Shown: in pieces, positions 1 to 8,952 of the stretch
Layout: every line of letters begins with the position of its first letter
Position numbering within the stretch: position 1 is the stretch's first letter
From: Candidatus Latescibacterota bacterium
GTDB taxonomy: Bacteria > Latescibacterota > UBA2968 > UBA8231
Assembly: GCA_965215195.1 (NCBI GenBank)
Contig: CBDCDC010000002.1
Span: 256,001-320,000 of the forward strand
Reading direction: 5' to 3'
DNA: 64,000 bases
The notes under the pieces: generated by a model
The model's database searches: none
What the model saw: only the letters and a program-made list of their open reading frames with translations
What the model was told of the DNA's origin: nothing
Position numbers and translations under genes: made by a program

Positions 1-726
1 GTCCTCTACGACATTACGCGCTTGCGCCAACTAGAGCGGATGCGTCGCGATTTTGTGGCCAACGTATCGCACGAATTGCGTACGCCGTTGACAGCCATTA
101 AGGGCTATGCCGAAATTTTGTCTGACGGTGCGCTCGACGACCGGGCGACGGCGCGCCGCTTCACCGGCATCATCGAGAATCACGCCGATCGCCTGACCCA
201 TTTGCTCGGCGACTTGCTCGACCTGTCGCGGCTGGAGTCCGATCAATTGGAGGCCGACATGGTCCCTTGCGCACTAAAGCCCTTGATCGATACGTCCATT
301 GGCTCAGTCAGCCAAGCGGCCGCGCAAAAGCAAATCGCCATCCACTGCCACGTTCCGCCGTCTGTCAAGGTAATCTGCGACCCCAAATTGATCGAACAAG
401 CCTTCATCAATCTGCTCGACAACGCCGTCAAGTACACGCCCGCGGGCGGGAAAGTCCGCGTTGGTACGCGGCCCGTAGAGGGCGCCGAGCGCTTGGCGAT
501 TTACGTTGAAGACACCGGCATTGGCATTCCCTCCGAGGACTTGGGCCGGATTTTCGAGCGCTTCTACCGAGTTGACAAGGGGCGCTCGCGCGCCCTCGGT
601 GGCACTGGACTCGGGTTGGCCATCGTGCGCCACATTGCCGAGGTCCACGGCGAGCAGGTGAGGGTGCAGAGCAAGTTAGGGGCGGGGACGACCTTCAGCT
701 TTGAATTGCCGAGCCGCTTTGGCTAA
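1..726 (+). CDS. phoR: PhoR-like sensor histidine kinase, C-terminal part (5' end truncated by the window)
   Basis: H-box DFVANVSHELRTPLT, N-box NLLDNAVKYT, G1 DTGIGI, IFERFYRVDKGRSR and G2 GGTGLGLAIV; the frame is open from base 1. Confidence 0.8.
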   Translation, partial: VLYDITRLRQLERMRRDFVANVSHELRTPLTAIKGYAEILSDGALDDRATARRFTGIIENHADRLTHLLGDLLDLSRLESDQLEADMVPCALKPLIDTSIGSVSQAAAQKQIAIHCHVPPSVKVICDPKLIEQAFINLLDNAVKYTPAGGKVRVGTRPVEGAERLAIYVEDTGIGIPSEDLGRIFERFYRVDKGRSRALGGTGLGLAIVRHIAEVHGEQVRVQSKLGAGTTFSFELPSRFG

Positions 727-1087
727 GGCCGCGCTATGGTGCTGGGCGTTGGCGGCCTTAGTGGCTGGCTGCGCCGGCGAGGGCGACGAGGGCGCGGTGG
801 CACAGGGCAAGGCCCTGTTTACCCGCAATGGGTGCGCGGTGTGCCACGGCCCGGATGGGCGCGGCGATGGCCAAGTAGCGGCGACGCTCAAGCCGCCCCC
901 CCGCGATTTCCGCGATCCCGCAGCCTTCAAAAACGGCCACAGCAAGGCCGCCATCGCCCGCACGATTGAGAAGGGAATGCCCGGTACTTCCATGCCGGGC
1001 TATCGACATCTCTCGGCCGAAGAACGCGAGCAGATTGCCGCTTATATCCGCTCTTTGCTAAAGAAAGAACATGAAGACACGCCTTAG
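701..1087 (+). CDS. Monoheme c-type cytochrome lipoprotein
   Basis: Lipobox LVAGC, CAVCH heme motif, PPRDF and GMPGTSMP distal Met ligand. Confidence 0.85.
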   Translation: MNCRAALAKAALWCWALAALVAGCAGEGDEGAVAQGKALFTRNGCAVCHGPDGRGDGQVAATLKPPPRDFRDPAAFKNGHSKAAIARTIEKGMPGTSMPGYRHLSAEEREQIAAYIRSLLKKEHEDTP

Positions 1088-2165
1088 TTCGATACTCACA
1101 TTCGCGCTCGTCCTGTTGTTTTTTGCCGCTCCCAGCACCGTCCGTGCCCACAAGCTCAATACCAGTTACGCGAATTTGATCGCCGAGGACGCCGCGCTCA
1201 ACGTGCGCGTGCGCATGGACGATTTCGACCTTTTGAAAATTGGCATCGATCAAGACGGGGACGGCCAGTTGTTCTACGAAGAGATGGTGGCCGGCCTCGA
1301 CGACATATTCGCCTTTGTCGAAGGGCAGATGCGCCTGAAGGCCAATGGCCAGCCGCTCACCCTCGTGCGCGGTAGCGGGGACATAACCCCGGACAACAAG
1401 GGGAACATGTTTGCCAACCTGTACTTCAGCGCCGAGTTGGAGGATCCGGTTGGCGAGTTAGAGGTGTGGATCGGCTGGCCAGAGCACTTTGGGGACGCGC
1501 ACAAAAATTTGGCCAAAATCGCGTTGCCCGGGCAGCCGCTCGTCCAAGCCGTGTTTTCGGCGGAGTCGCCTCAGCAGACCTTTGCCGGGCAGAAATCGCT
1601 GTGGGAACACATATACGAGTTCACGGTCCTCGGGGTGGAGCACATTTTTCTCGGCTACGACCACGTCATGTTTTTGCTGGCGCTGATCGTGGTGGGCGGT
1701 CGGCTGCTCAGCTTGGTCAAGATCGTCACGGCCTTCACCATTGCCCACAGCATCACTCTCTGCTTGGCGGCCCTCGAAGTCGTCCGTCTGCCGAGCCAGT
1801 GGATTGAGGCGGGCATTGCCTTGAGCATCGTGTACGTGGCGGTGGAGAATTTCTGGCTCAAGCGCACGGATTACCGCTGGGTGATCACCTTTGCCTTTGG
1901 GCTGGTCCACGGGTTTGGCTTTGCCAATGTGCTGCGCGAGTTGGGGCTGCCCACGCGCGGGTTGGTCGCCTCGCTGTTTGCGTTCAACGCCGGCGTGGAA
2001 ATCGGCCAAGTAGCTATTGTCGCGCTCGTCTTTCCCTTGATCGCGTGGCTCGGCCGGCGGCCCTATCAGCGCACGGTCGTCTGGGTGGTGTCGGCCGTCA
2101 TTGGGCTTTTTGGGCTGGGCTGGTTTGTCGAGCGGGTCTTTGAGCTGGAATACATGCCGCTGTGA
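1071..2165 (+). CDS. HupE/UreJ-2 family membrane protein
   Basis: Signal peptide ending AH; LGVEHIFLGYDH, TAFTIAHSITL and FGLVHGFGFA motifs. Confidence 0.85.
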   Translation: MKTRLSSILTFALVLLFFAAPSTVRAHKLNTSYANLIAEDAALNVRVRMDDFDLLKIGIDQDGDGQLFYEEMVAGLDDIFAFVEGQMRLKANGQPLTLVRGSGDITPDNKGNMFANLYFSAELEDPVGELEVWIGWPEHFGDAHKNLAKIALPGQPLVQAVFSAESPQQTFAGQKSLWEHIYEFTVLGVEHIFLGYDHVMFLLALIVVGGRLLSLVKIVTAFTIAHSITLCLAALEVVRLPSQWIEAGIALSIVYVAVENFWLKRTDYRWVITFAFGLVHGFGFANVLRELGLPTRGLVASLFAFNAGVEIGQVAIVALVFPLIAWLGRRPYQRTVVWVVSAVIGLFGLGWFVERVFELEYMPL

Positions 2166-2233
2166 GCGGGAGCGGCGATGGATAATTTCGCTACGGATCT
2201 GACCTTTTTCCCGCCGTTTGATTGAGCCGACCC

Positions 2234-3313
2234 CTAGTCCGCTAATTCGCTGCCTCGGCGGTTGGCCATGGAGCGCGGCGTCAGGTCGAAGAGGGTCTCG
2301 TGCCCGTGGAAGAAGCGGTCGAATTCATCGACCATGAGCGCGAAAAAGCGCGGGTAGCTCTGCTCGGTCACGCCGGCGATGTGGGGGGTGACAAAGACGT
2401 TTTCCAAGTGGAGAATCTCCTTGTCGCCGTAGGCATTGGCCTCGCCCACATCCGGGTCGAACACGTCTAGAGCGGCGGCGATATCGCCTCGCTTGAGCCG
2501 CCTCACCAGCGCATCCGAATCAACCACTTTACCCCGCGACACATTGACGAACACCGCGCCCGGCCGGATCAGGTCCAGCGCTCGTTGCCCAATCATGCGC
2601 TCGGTGCGCGGAGTGTGTGGAGCTAGGCAGACGATGGCGTCGCACTGAGACATCACGTTGTCCAACGAGGTTTTGAGGAAGCCGACCGCGTCTGCCATCT
2701 CCCGCGCCAGATAGGGATCGCACACCCACACTTCGGTTTGGAAGGGGCGCAAAAACTGGATGAGCCGCCGGCCAATGTGGCCGCAGCCGATCAGGCCGAC
2801 GCGCTTGCCAGTCAGATCGCCGTGGATAAAGCCAAAGTCGCTGTGTGGACGGGGGCGCACGTCGCCGGCGATGAGGCGGCGGAATTGGGCCCCGGCGTTG
2901 CGCAGGGCGATGATGATGAGCGCCAAGGCCCACTCGGCCACTGGATACGACGAGCCGTTGGTCGTATCGACCGTGCAGACGCCCCGCGCCCAAGCGGCCT
3001 CCACGTCGATGCGGCTGGCAAAGCGGTCGCCTTCTAGCTCGCCGATGATCTTTAGTGCGGGGGCTTGCTCCAAGATCGCGGCGTCGACCGTGGGGCAGCC
3101 GTGGCAGATCACTAGCCCGTCGCAACCACTCAGCCGCTCGCCCAGCACCCGGGCGATCTCGGGATCTGCGTTGGTGTCGTAGATGCCGCCGCCTTCGCAT
3201 TCAAACCAATCCCAGTCGGCGAAGACTTCGAGGCGTGCGAAATCGGTCGCGGCGAGGTACTGCTCGCGCACGTGCTTGTTGCAGGCAATGAGTATTTGGG
3301 GGCGTGAGTCCAT
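2234..3313 (-). CDS. D-isomer-specific 2-hydroxyacid dehydrogenase, NAD-binding
   Basis: GLIGCGHIG Rossmann motif, FVNVSRG, ALDVF and TPHIAG. Confidence 0.85.
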   Translation of the reverse strand: MDSRPQILIACNKHVREQYLAATDFARLEVFADWDWFECEGGGIYDTNADPEIARVLGERLSGCDGLVICHGCPTVDAAILEQAPALKIIGELEGDRFASRIDVEAAWARGVCTVDTTNGSSYPVAEWALALIIIALRNAGAQFRRLIAGDVRPRPHSDFGFIHGDLTGKRVGLIGCGHIGRRLIQFLRPFQTEVWVCDPYLAREMADAVGFLKTSLDNVMSQCDAIVCLAPHTPRTERMIGQRALDLIRPGAVFVNVSRGKVVDSDALVRRLKRGDIAAALDVFDPDVGEANAYGDKEILHLENVFVTPHIAGVTEQSYPRFFALMVDEFDRFFHGHETLFDLTPRSMANRRGSELAD

Positions 3314-3380
3314 GGGGTTGTTTCCGGCTGATGGGTTTGGAAAGGTCCGCTTGCGGAAAGCAGGCGCACATTTAGCTAAA

Positions 3381-3572
3381 TTATCTGCCGATTTGCGGTA
3401 TAGAGAGTGCTTTGCAAATCTTCTTGGCGAGATGATTGGGGATCTCTACGTGACGAGGCACTGCTTCAACGGCACCAGTAGCAGGGTTGCACCATAGTGA
3501 GTGCGCCGACCCCTCTCGTTTGAGATAGCAGCCGTGCCGTCTGAGATGCCGCAGGACATCTCCTCTCTTCAC
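3381..3572 (-). CDS. hicA: HicA family toxin
   Basis: 63 aa; MKRGDVLRHLRRHGC..REGSAHSLWCNP..AVPRH; ATGA overlap with hicB. Confidence 0.85.
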   Translation of the reverse strand: MKRGDVLRHLRRHGCYLKREGSAHSLWCNPATGAVEAVPRHVEIPNHLAKKICKALSIPQIGR

Positions 3573-3784
3573 CGGACAACCACAATATCTTGTTCGGCGT
3601 CATCGGGAAGACCGCGCAACGCATCTTCTAGACGATCGCGAAGGATGAGTTCGATCGCGCTCGCCAGACTTTCTCGAGCCTCCTGCTTGGTGCGACCTTG
3701 GCCGTTGGCCCCCGGTACTTCTGGACAATATGCGATGTGCCATTCGCCATCTCGTTCAAAAATTGCCGTGTAGGTATTGCTCAC
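3569..3784 (-). CDS. hicB: HicB family antitoxin (short form)
   Basis: YTAIFERDGEWHIAYCPEVPGANGQGRTKQEARESL. Confidence 0.85.
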   Translation of the reverse strand: MSNTYTAIFERDGEWHIAYCPEVPGANGQGRTKQEARESLASAIELILRDRLEDALRGLPDDAEQDIVVVR

Positions 3785-3988
3785 TGTTTGAACCTTTCGC
3801 GACGTCCCAATGCGCCGAGACGTGTAATAAGAATAAAAAGTTTAACGGCAGTGGGGCAAGTAAATTGCGGGCATCCCAACGCTCGCAGGCGGTCAGATAT
3901 CCCCGATTTATTCTTGTAAAATCACCGTTTAGTGGTGAATATACAAGGTTAGTCTATCTCCGACATTGAAAAGAGCATCGCGGCCGAA

Positions 3989-6013
3989 ATGAAGATGACT
4001 GAACGGCAGATCGCTCGCCCGCGCGCCGTGCGCCTCGCTGGTGCAGCCCTGCTGCTCGGTGGCTTGGCCTTCAATCCGCTGGCCCTCGCTCATTTTTCCC
4101 CGGGGCATCCGCTTGGCACTGAGGGTATCATCGCCCTGCAGATCGCCTTGATCTTTGGCGGCGGTTGGCTCGTTTGGCGATGCCCCCGGCTGCCGCTGGT
4201 TCCCATTGTGCTCGTCGCCCTCGCCTTTGGCGCACTTGCCGCCCTCGGGGGGTACGGTACGGCCCGCTCCCTGCAAAAGGTGCGGGAACGCAACCGGCTT
4301 TTGGCGACTATCGACCGCAGCGAAGCGGTGCAGCAGCACCTGAGCGGTGAAGCCCTGCCGCTCCTCGCCTTGGGGATGTACCAAGGCCAACTGCCCGCTG
4401 CGCCGGCGCGTGCGCTTTTTGATTCTATGGTCGCTGTCGCGGATGTGGCACAGGCCGCAGAGGCGACCGAAATCGTCCCGGCGTTGGGCATTAAGCGCCA
4501 GCGCTGGAGCATTGCACCGGCCGCGCAATTCCACCGCTCCGATATCCAGCTGTGGGGCCCGCTCTGGGCCGCGGTGCATTCTTGCGACTATGCGGCCTTC
4601 CACCTTGAGACTGGGCATTTCCTCGACGCGGAGGAGGCGATCTACCAAGCCCGCTTGCGCTTCAACGCCTTGGCGCAGACAAAAGACGGGGAGCGCACGC
4701 AAATTCGGGCTTGGCTGGCGCTCGAATGGCAGCGGCAGGAAGATGGCAGTTGGCGAATCCAGCGCTGGGAGACCGAATCGCTGGAGATGCTCACGCGGGC
4801 GCACGCGCTCTTTGCCGAAGTCCTCGACGAGGCGCTTCCGCGAGACGAGGACCGCGCCCGGGCCAGATTTTCGCGCCACACCGAACTGGTGCGCCAGTCG
4901 TTTTTCGACTCCGCGTTTGTCGCGCCGCACCGCTATTTTACCCGCCAGGCCTTTGACCGCCATCCCGGCATCAGCGTCGTGGATATCGACGCCGATGGGT
5001 ACGACGATCTGTACATTGCCGTGCGCCGAGGTCGGAACATGCTGTTGCGCAATGGCGGCGATGGCGCGTTCACCGAGTGTGCAGCCCGCTATGGCCTCGA
5101 TGTGGAGCACCACACTGCGGCGGCGCTCTTCGCCGACTTTGACAACGATGGCGACCCAGATGTCTTCCTCGGCCGTACGCTCGCGCCCAGTCTCTACTTG
5201 GTCAACGAGGACGGGCACTTTGCCCCCCGCGACTTAGGCGATGGCGTCTTGCCGTTCCTCGTGGCCTCGATCTCGGCGGCCGACTACGACCGCGATGGCC
5301 TGCTTGACGCGTACTTTTCCACGTATGCCGCGCGGATGTTGCTTGATGCGGTCACTACCGCGTCTGGCGCAGGTGCGCTGTTGGCCGACTTCCTGCCTGC
5401 GGACCGCGCCCGTGCGCTCTACGACCTGAGCCGCGCCCGCATCGGCCACCTCATCCACGACGCGCCCGGGCCGCCCAACGTGCTGCTGCGCAACCTCGGC
5501 AACGGCCGCTTCGCATCCACTGCGGCCGTGTGGCGCAACACCTTACAGGCGACTTGGGCCGACTACGACCGCGACGGCGACCCGGATCTCTACCTCGCCA
5601 ACGACTTTGCCGCCAATAGCTTGCTCCGCAATGACGGCCGTGCTCTCGTCGATGTCACCGCGGAGAGCGGGGCCGCAGACCCGGGCTTTGGCATGGGTGC
5701 GAGCTGGGCCGATTACGACGGGGATGGCCGCCAAGACCTGTACGTGACCAACATGCACAGCAGTGCTGGTCGCCGGATCACGGCAGCCGCCGGGCGGGCG
5801 GGCGCGGCGTTTGCCCCGTTGGCCCGGGGCAACTCCCTTTTGCGGAACGGCCGCGCGGGCTTCACCCTCGTTGCGGATTCGCCGGTGGAGGACGGCGGCT
5901 GGGGCTGGGGCGGCCAGTTTTTGGACTTTGACAACGATGGCGATCTCGACATCTACGCTCTGAGTGGGTATTACACCCCGCCGTCCGCAGTCGCTCTCCC
6001 CGAGGATACCTGA
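3989..6013 (+). CDS. FG-GAP/VCBS repeat (CRTAC1-like) membrane-anchored protein; probably the N-terminal part of an 887-aa readthrough product 3989-6652
   Basis: N-terminal TM segments; repeated DxDxDGxxDLY blades, GMGASWADYDGDG and GWGWGGQFLDFDNDG; ends at a TGA in frame with the next ORF. Confidence 0.85.
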   Translation: MKMTERQIARPRAVRLAGAALLLGGLAFNPLALAHFSPGHPLGTEGIIALQIALIFGGGWLVWRCPRLPLVPIVLVALAFGALAALGGYGTARSLQKVRERNRLLATIDRSEAVQQHLSGEALPLLALGMYQGQLPAAPARALFDSMVAVADVAQAAEATEIVPALGIKRQRWSIAPAAQFHRSDIQLWGPLWAAVHSCDYAAFHLETGHFLDAEEAIYQARLRFNALAQTKDGERTQIRAWLALEWQRQEDGSWRIQRWETESLEMLTRAHALFAEVLDEALPRDEDRARARFSRHTELVRQSFFDSAFVAPHRYFTRQAFDRHPGISVVDIDADGYDDLYIAVRRGRNMLLRNGGDGAFTECAARYGLDVEHHTAAALFADFDNDGDPDVFLGRTLAPSLYLVNEDGHFAPRDLGDGVLPFLVASISAADYDRDGLLDAYFSTYAARMLLDAVTTASGAGALLADFLPADRARALYDLSRARIGHLIHDAPGPPNVLLRNLGNGRFASTAAVWRNTLQATWADYDRDGDPDLYLANDFAANSLLRNDGRALVDVTAESGAADPGFGMGASWADYDGDGRQDLYVTNMHSSAGRRITAAAGRAGAAFAPLARGNSLLRNGRAGFTLVADSPVEDGGWGWGGQFLDFDNDGDLDIYALSGYYTPPSAVALPEDT

Positions 6014-6046
6014 AGCCTGTTTTGGCGCACGGTCGTGCGCCATGGC
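6014..6046 (+). promoter_or_regulatory. Putative bacterial SECIS hairpin
   Basis: TGGCGCAC(6023-6030)-GGTC-GTGCGCCA(6035-6042) perfect 8-bp stem; the G-led apical loop starts 17 nt after the UGA; possible lower pairing GCC(6015-6017)/GGC(6044-6046). Confidence 0.6.
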
Positions 6047-6652
6047 CGGACCGATGGAGCGTACAACGTGGGTGCGCGGCTCGACGCTGGAGCCTCGCTC
6101 AGCGGCTACCAGCGCAACCGCCTCTTTCTCAATGTAGAAGGCCGCGACTTCATCGACGTGTCGGGCCTGTCGGCCGTGGATTCGCCGGCCGATGGCCGCG
6201 CCTTTGCCACCTTGGACTTCGACCGCGATGGTCGCCTCGACTTGGCTGTCGTCAATGCCAACGAGCCGCTCTGCGAGCTGTTTGCCAACCGCAGCCAAGC
6301 GGGCCACATCCTCGCGTTGCGCTTTGTGGGGGGCAATGACCGCGACGAGGTCTCGCACGAATGGAGTACACGCGATGGCTATGGAGTGCAAGTGGAAGTG
6401 GATGTCGGCGGGAGGACGCTGCTGCGCGAGCAGCGGGCTGGCGAGGGCTTCTCGGCCCAGAACAGCGCGACCCTGATCGTCGGCTTGGGGGCGCACCCAT
6501 GCGCGGATGCCGTGCGTGTGCGCTGGCCTTCGGGACGCACCCAGCGCGCAACCGACGTGGCGGCCGGTTCGCTGTTGACCGCGTACGAAAATCCTCGACA
6601 CTCGCCGACGGGTGGGGCGTTTGTGGTGGTGCCGTACCGCGATACGCCGTGA
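6035..6652 (+). CDS. ASPIC/UnbV domain; in-frame continuation of 3989-6013
   Basis: SLSGYQRNRLFLN, DGRAFATLDFDRDGRLDL, GEGFSAQNS...GLG and VRWPSG; same frame as the upstream ORF; no evident RBS. Confidence 0.85.
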   Translation: MRHGRTDGAYNVGARLDAGASLSGYQRNRLFLNVEGRDFIDVSGLSAVDSPADGRAFATLDFDRDGRLDLAVVNANEPLCELFANRSQAGHILALRFVGGNDRDEVSHEWSTRDGYGVQVEVDVGGRTLLREQRAGEGFSAQNSATLIVGLGAHPCADAVRVRWPSGRTQRATDVAAGSLLTAYENPRHSPTGGAFVVVPYRDTP

Positions 6653-6680
6653 GGGAAAGGGGCCTGATTAGGAGGTAATT

Positions 6681-6989
6681 ATGTTCAAGGAATTAGACGC
6701 TATCGTGCTTACAACCGAAATTCCGTTCGCTCATATCTGGGATGTCCCACCCGGCAGCTTGCTGCTTGAAAACAGCAAACTAGGGAAAGGGCTGAAAGCC
6801 GGCGATGTCGGCACGATTGTGTATATACAGGGTAACGGAGAGGCATTCGAGGTGGAGTTTCTGGAATCCGATGGAAGCACGGTCGCTATTGCCACGGTCT
6901 TGCCATCACAGGCTCGCCTAGCCACTGAAGAGGACCGCGCCAACTTTCGCTTCGGGAAGAAGGCACCCGCACATATCTCTGCCTCATAG
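6681..6989 (+). CDS. DUF4926-domain protein
   Basis: AGGAGG RBS; GLKAGDVGTIV..AFEVEF...G.TVAIATV. Confidence 0.75.
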   Translation: MFKELDAIVLTTEIPFAHIWDVPPGSLLLENSKLGKGLKAGDVGTIVYIQGNGEAFEVEFLESDGSTVAIATVLPSQARLATEEDRANFRFGKKAPAHISAS

Positions 6990-7432
6990 ACAACAAGAAG
7001 CACCGCACGGCCGACCTGCTCAATGGGATTTTGGCAGGGCATGACGGCAAATCATTGGACATCGCCACCGCCTATTTCAACGTCCGCGGCTTCGCGCTGT
7101 TCCAAGAAGGCTTGCAAGGACTTGGTAGTTTTCGCCTGCTGCTCGGCGACGAACCCAAGGATGGCGAGTCAGTGGGGCTGCGTCCCCAAGCTGCGCTTCG
7201 GTTGATCCATGAACTGAACGACGCTCCCTTTGACGAAGCTACCCTCCGAGCCGTTGAAGACCTCATCGCCTTTTTGCGCCGCGACTTAGTAGAGGTGCGT
7301 GCCTATCAGCACGGATTCCTTCACGCCAAGACCTACCTCTTCTACGGCGACCTGCCCGTAGGCGGCGCCGATCGCTTTCAGCCTCTCGCGGCGATCGTCG
7401 GCTCCAGCAACTTTGGCGCAACCCGAGAGTAA
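6986..7432 (+). pseudogene. N-terminal PLD-like fragment of a PLD-SNF2 helicase gene
   Basis: IDNKKH..ADLLN (no start codon), DIATAYFNVRGF, FLHAKTYLF..IVGSSNF, then an abrupt stop with no helicase domain. Confidence 0.7.
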
Positions 7433-7499
7433 GAACGGTTTGGCAGGTGGACATAGGGAGCAACAGCCCTAGGCTCATCACAGCACACCCGCACGGAGG

Positions 7500-7739
7500 A
7501 TGAAGATGTTCAAAGAACATGAACGTATCGTACTTATAACCGATATTTTGGAGGAGGGGTTGGTAGCTGGCGATGTCGGCACGATTGTGCATATCCATCC
7601 AAGGGGAGAAGCCTTTGTGGTGGAGTTCATGACGCTTGACGGCAATACGATTGCCATTGCAACGGTGCTACCGTCGCAGGCCCGCCTAGTAACCGACCAA
7701 GATATTACCCACGCTCGCACGATGACGATGACAGATTGA
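7500..7739 (+). CDS. DUF4926-domain protein
   Basis: GGAGG RBS; GLVAGDVGTIVHIH..AFVVEF.TLDG.TIAIATV. Confidence 0.8.
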   Translation: MKMFKEHERIVLITDILEEGLVAGDVGTIVHIHPRGEAFVVEFMTLDGNTIAIATVLPSQARLVTDQDITHARTMTMTD

Positions 7740-7942
7740 TCACTATCGGCGCAGCATTACTATGCAGCAGGATCCCCACATAGCAGCCGACCCCCAATGC
7801 AGGGCGATGAAAACCGCCAACGCCGCGCCAAAAACCGACATCAGTAAGTCCCTTTTTGGGGTGCATTAAGGCCGCAATTTACGCCGCCTAGAGGCTCTAC
7901 CAAGGTGGGGATCTCGGCGTCCTTTGCCCCATTTGTCGCCGG

Positions 7943-8266
7943 CTAATCGAGGTGAAAGATCTCTTCGAGCTCGATCAACACGTCAGCCGGGCTTCCCCCT
8001 GCCGGTATATCGACCAAGTCGCCGCAGGCTTCCCCCCAACGCTGGGTGGCCTCTTCCGCGAGAAAGCCATCGAGGGCCGTGGCAAAATCCGCCTCGGTCT
8101 CAAAGTAGCCGAAGACGAGTCCGTCTGCGTTTATAAAGAGCGAGTAGCGATGCCAGCCGTGGCGCGTGAGGGCCGCGCAGACATCGGGCCACACGTTGCG
8201 GTGAGCTTCCTTGTACTCGGCGATCCGATCCTTTTTGACCTGCATTTGAAAACCAACTCGTCGCAT
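7943..8266 (-). CDS. L-rhamnose mutarotase family protein
   Basis: MRRVGFQMQVKKDRIAEYKEAHRNVWPDV..YSLF..FGYFE..EIFHLD; GAGGAG RBS. Confidence 0.8.
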   Translation of the reverse strand: MRRVGFQMQVKKDRIAEYKEAHRNVWPDVCAALTRHGWHRYSLFINADGLVFGYFETEADFATALDGFLAEEATQRWGEACGDLVDIPAGGSPADVLIELEEIFHLD

Positions 8267-8281
8267 GGGCTCAAGCTCCTC
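8254..8281. repeat. 28-bp direct repeat, copy 1, flanking the Uma2 cassette
   Basis: CAACTCGTCGCATGGGCTCAAGCTCCTC; 26/28 identical to 8925-8952. Confidence 0.85.
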
Positions 8282-8858
8282 ACTCGGCCCATATATTGGC
8301 CAAGTCCAGCGCAAACTTAGGCAGCACCGGCTCGCCAGAAATCGCGCTCGTGCCGATCAGCACCTCCACTGGCTGTCCGCGCCGATACACTTCCACCCGG
8401 TATTCCGACGGATCGATCAACCAGCCCAATCGCGCTCCACACGCCGCGTACTCGCGCATCTTCTCCTGCACTGCATAGAGAGAGTCGCTCTCCGAGCGCA
8501 GCTCGACGACAAAGTCGGGACACAGCGGCAAAAAATGCCGGCGCTCCTCAGCGCTCAACCCTTCCAAGTGCCCCTTCTCCACCCAGGCCGCATCGGGCGA
8601 GCGCACGGTGCCGTTGGGCAGGCGGAAGCCGCCGGAAGAATCAAATAAAACCCCGGTCCCATCTCGCCTAGCCCATACCCCCAATTGCACAATAATCTCG
8701 GCATTGCGCCGACTGGTCTCTCCTCCGGTAGGCGGCATGATAACTATATCTCCCTCAGCGTTGCGCTCTAGACGCATGTCTGGATTGTTCTGGCAGAGGG
8801 CGTAGAAGTGCTCGTCATCCATATCGACCACGGCTTCCATGCGTAGTACCATTTCCAT
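8280..8858 (-). CDS. Uma2 family PD-(D/E)xK endonuclease
   Basis: LERNAEGDIVIMPPTGG, GFRLPNGTVRSPDAAWV, CPDFVVELRSESD and LGWLIDP; AGGAG RBS before the ATG at 8858. Confidence 0.9.
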   Translation of the reverse strand: MEMVLRMEAVVDMDDEHFYALCQNNPDMRLERNAEGDIVIMPPTGGETSRRNAEIIVQLGVWARRDGTGVLFDSSGGFRLPNGTVRSPDAAWVEKGHLEGLSAEERRHFLPLCPDFVVELRSESDSLYAVQEKMREYAACGARLGWLIDPSEYRVEVYRRGQPVEVLIGTSAISGEPVLPKFALDLANIWAE

Positions 8859-8924
8859 CGTCGCGCTCCTTTTGGGGGCATAGAATCGCGCATTGTCAAT
8901 ATGTGCGCCGAATAGGGGACCTAT

Positions 8925-8952
8925 CAACCCGTCGCATTGGCTCAAGCTCCTC
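8925..8952. repeat. 28-bp direct repeat, copy 2, flanking the Uma2 cassette
   Basis: CAACCCGTCGCATTGGCTCAAGCTCCTC. Confidence 0.85.

Noticed and set aside
6650-6680. Second TGA, at the end of the ASPIC/UnbV ORF, as another Sec site
   Set aside because: No hairpin follows, another in-frame stop comes within a few codons, and the next gene has its own RBS
7742-7866. Short hydrophobic minus-strand ORF (MSVFGAALAVFIALHWG...)
   Set aside because: About 32 aa with no motif or clear RBS; cannot be supported
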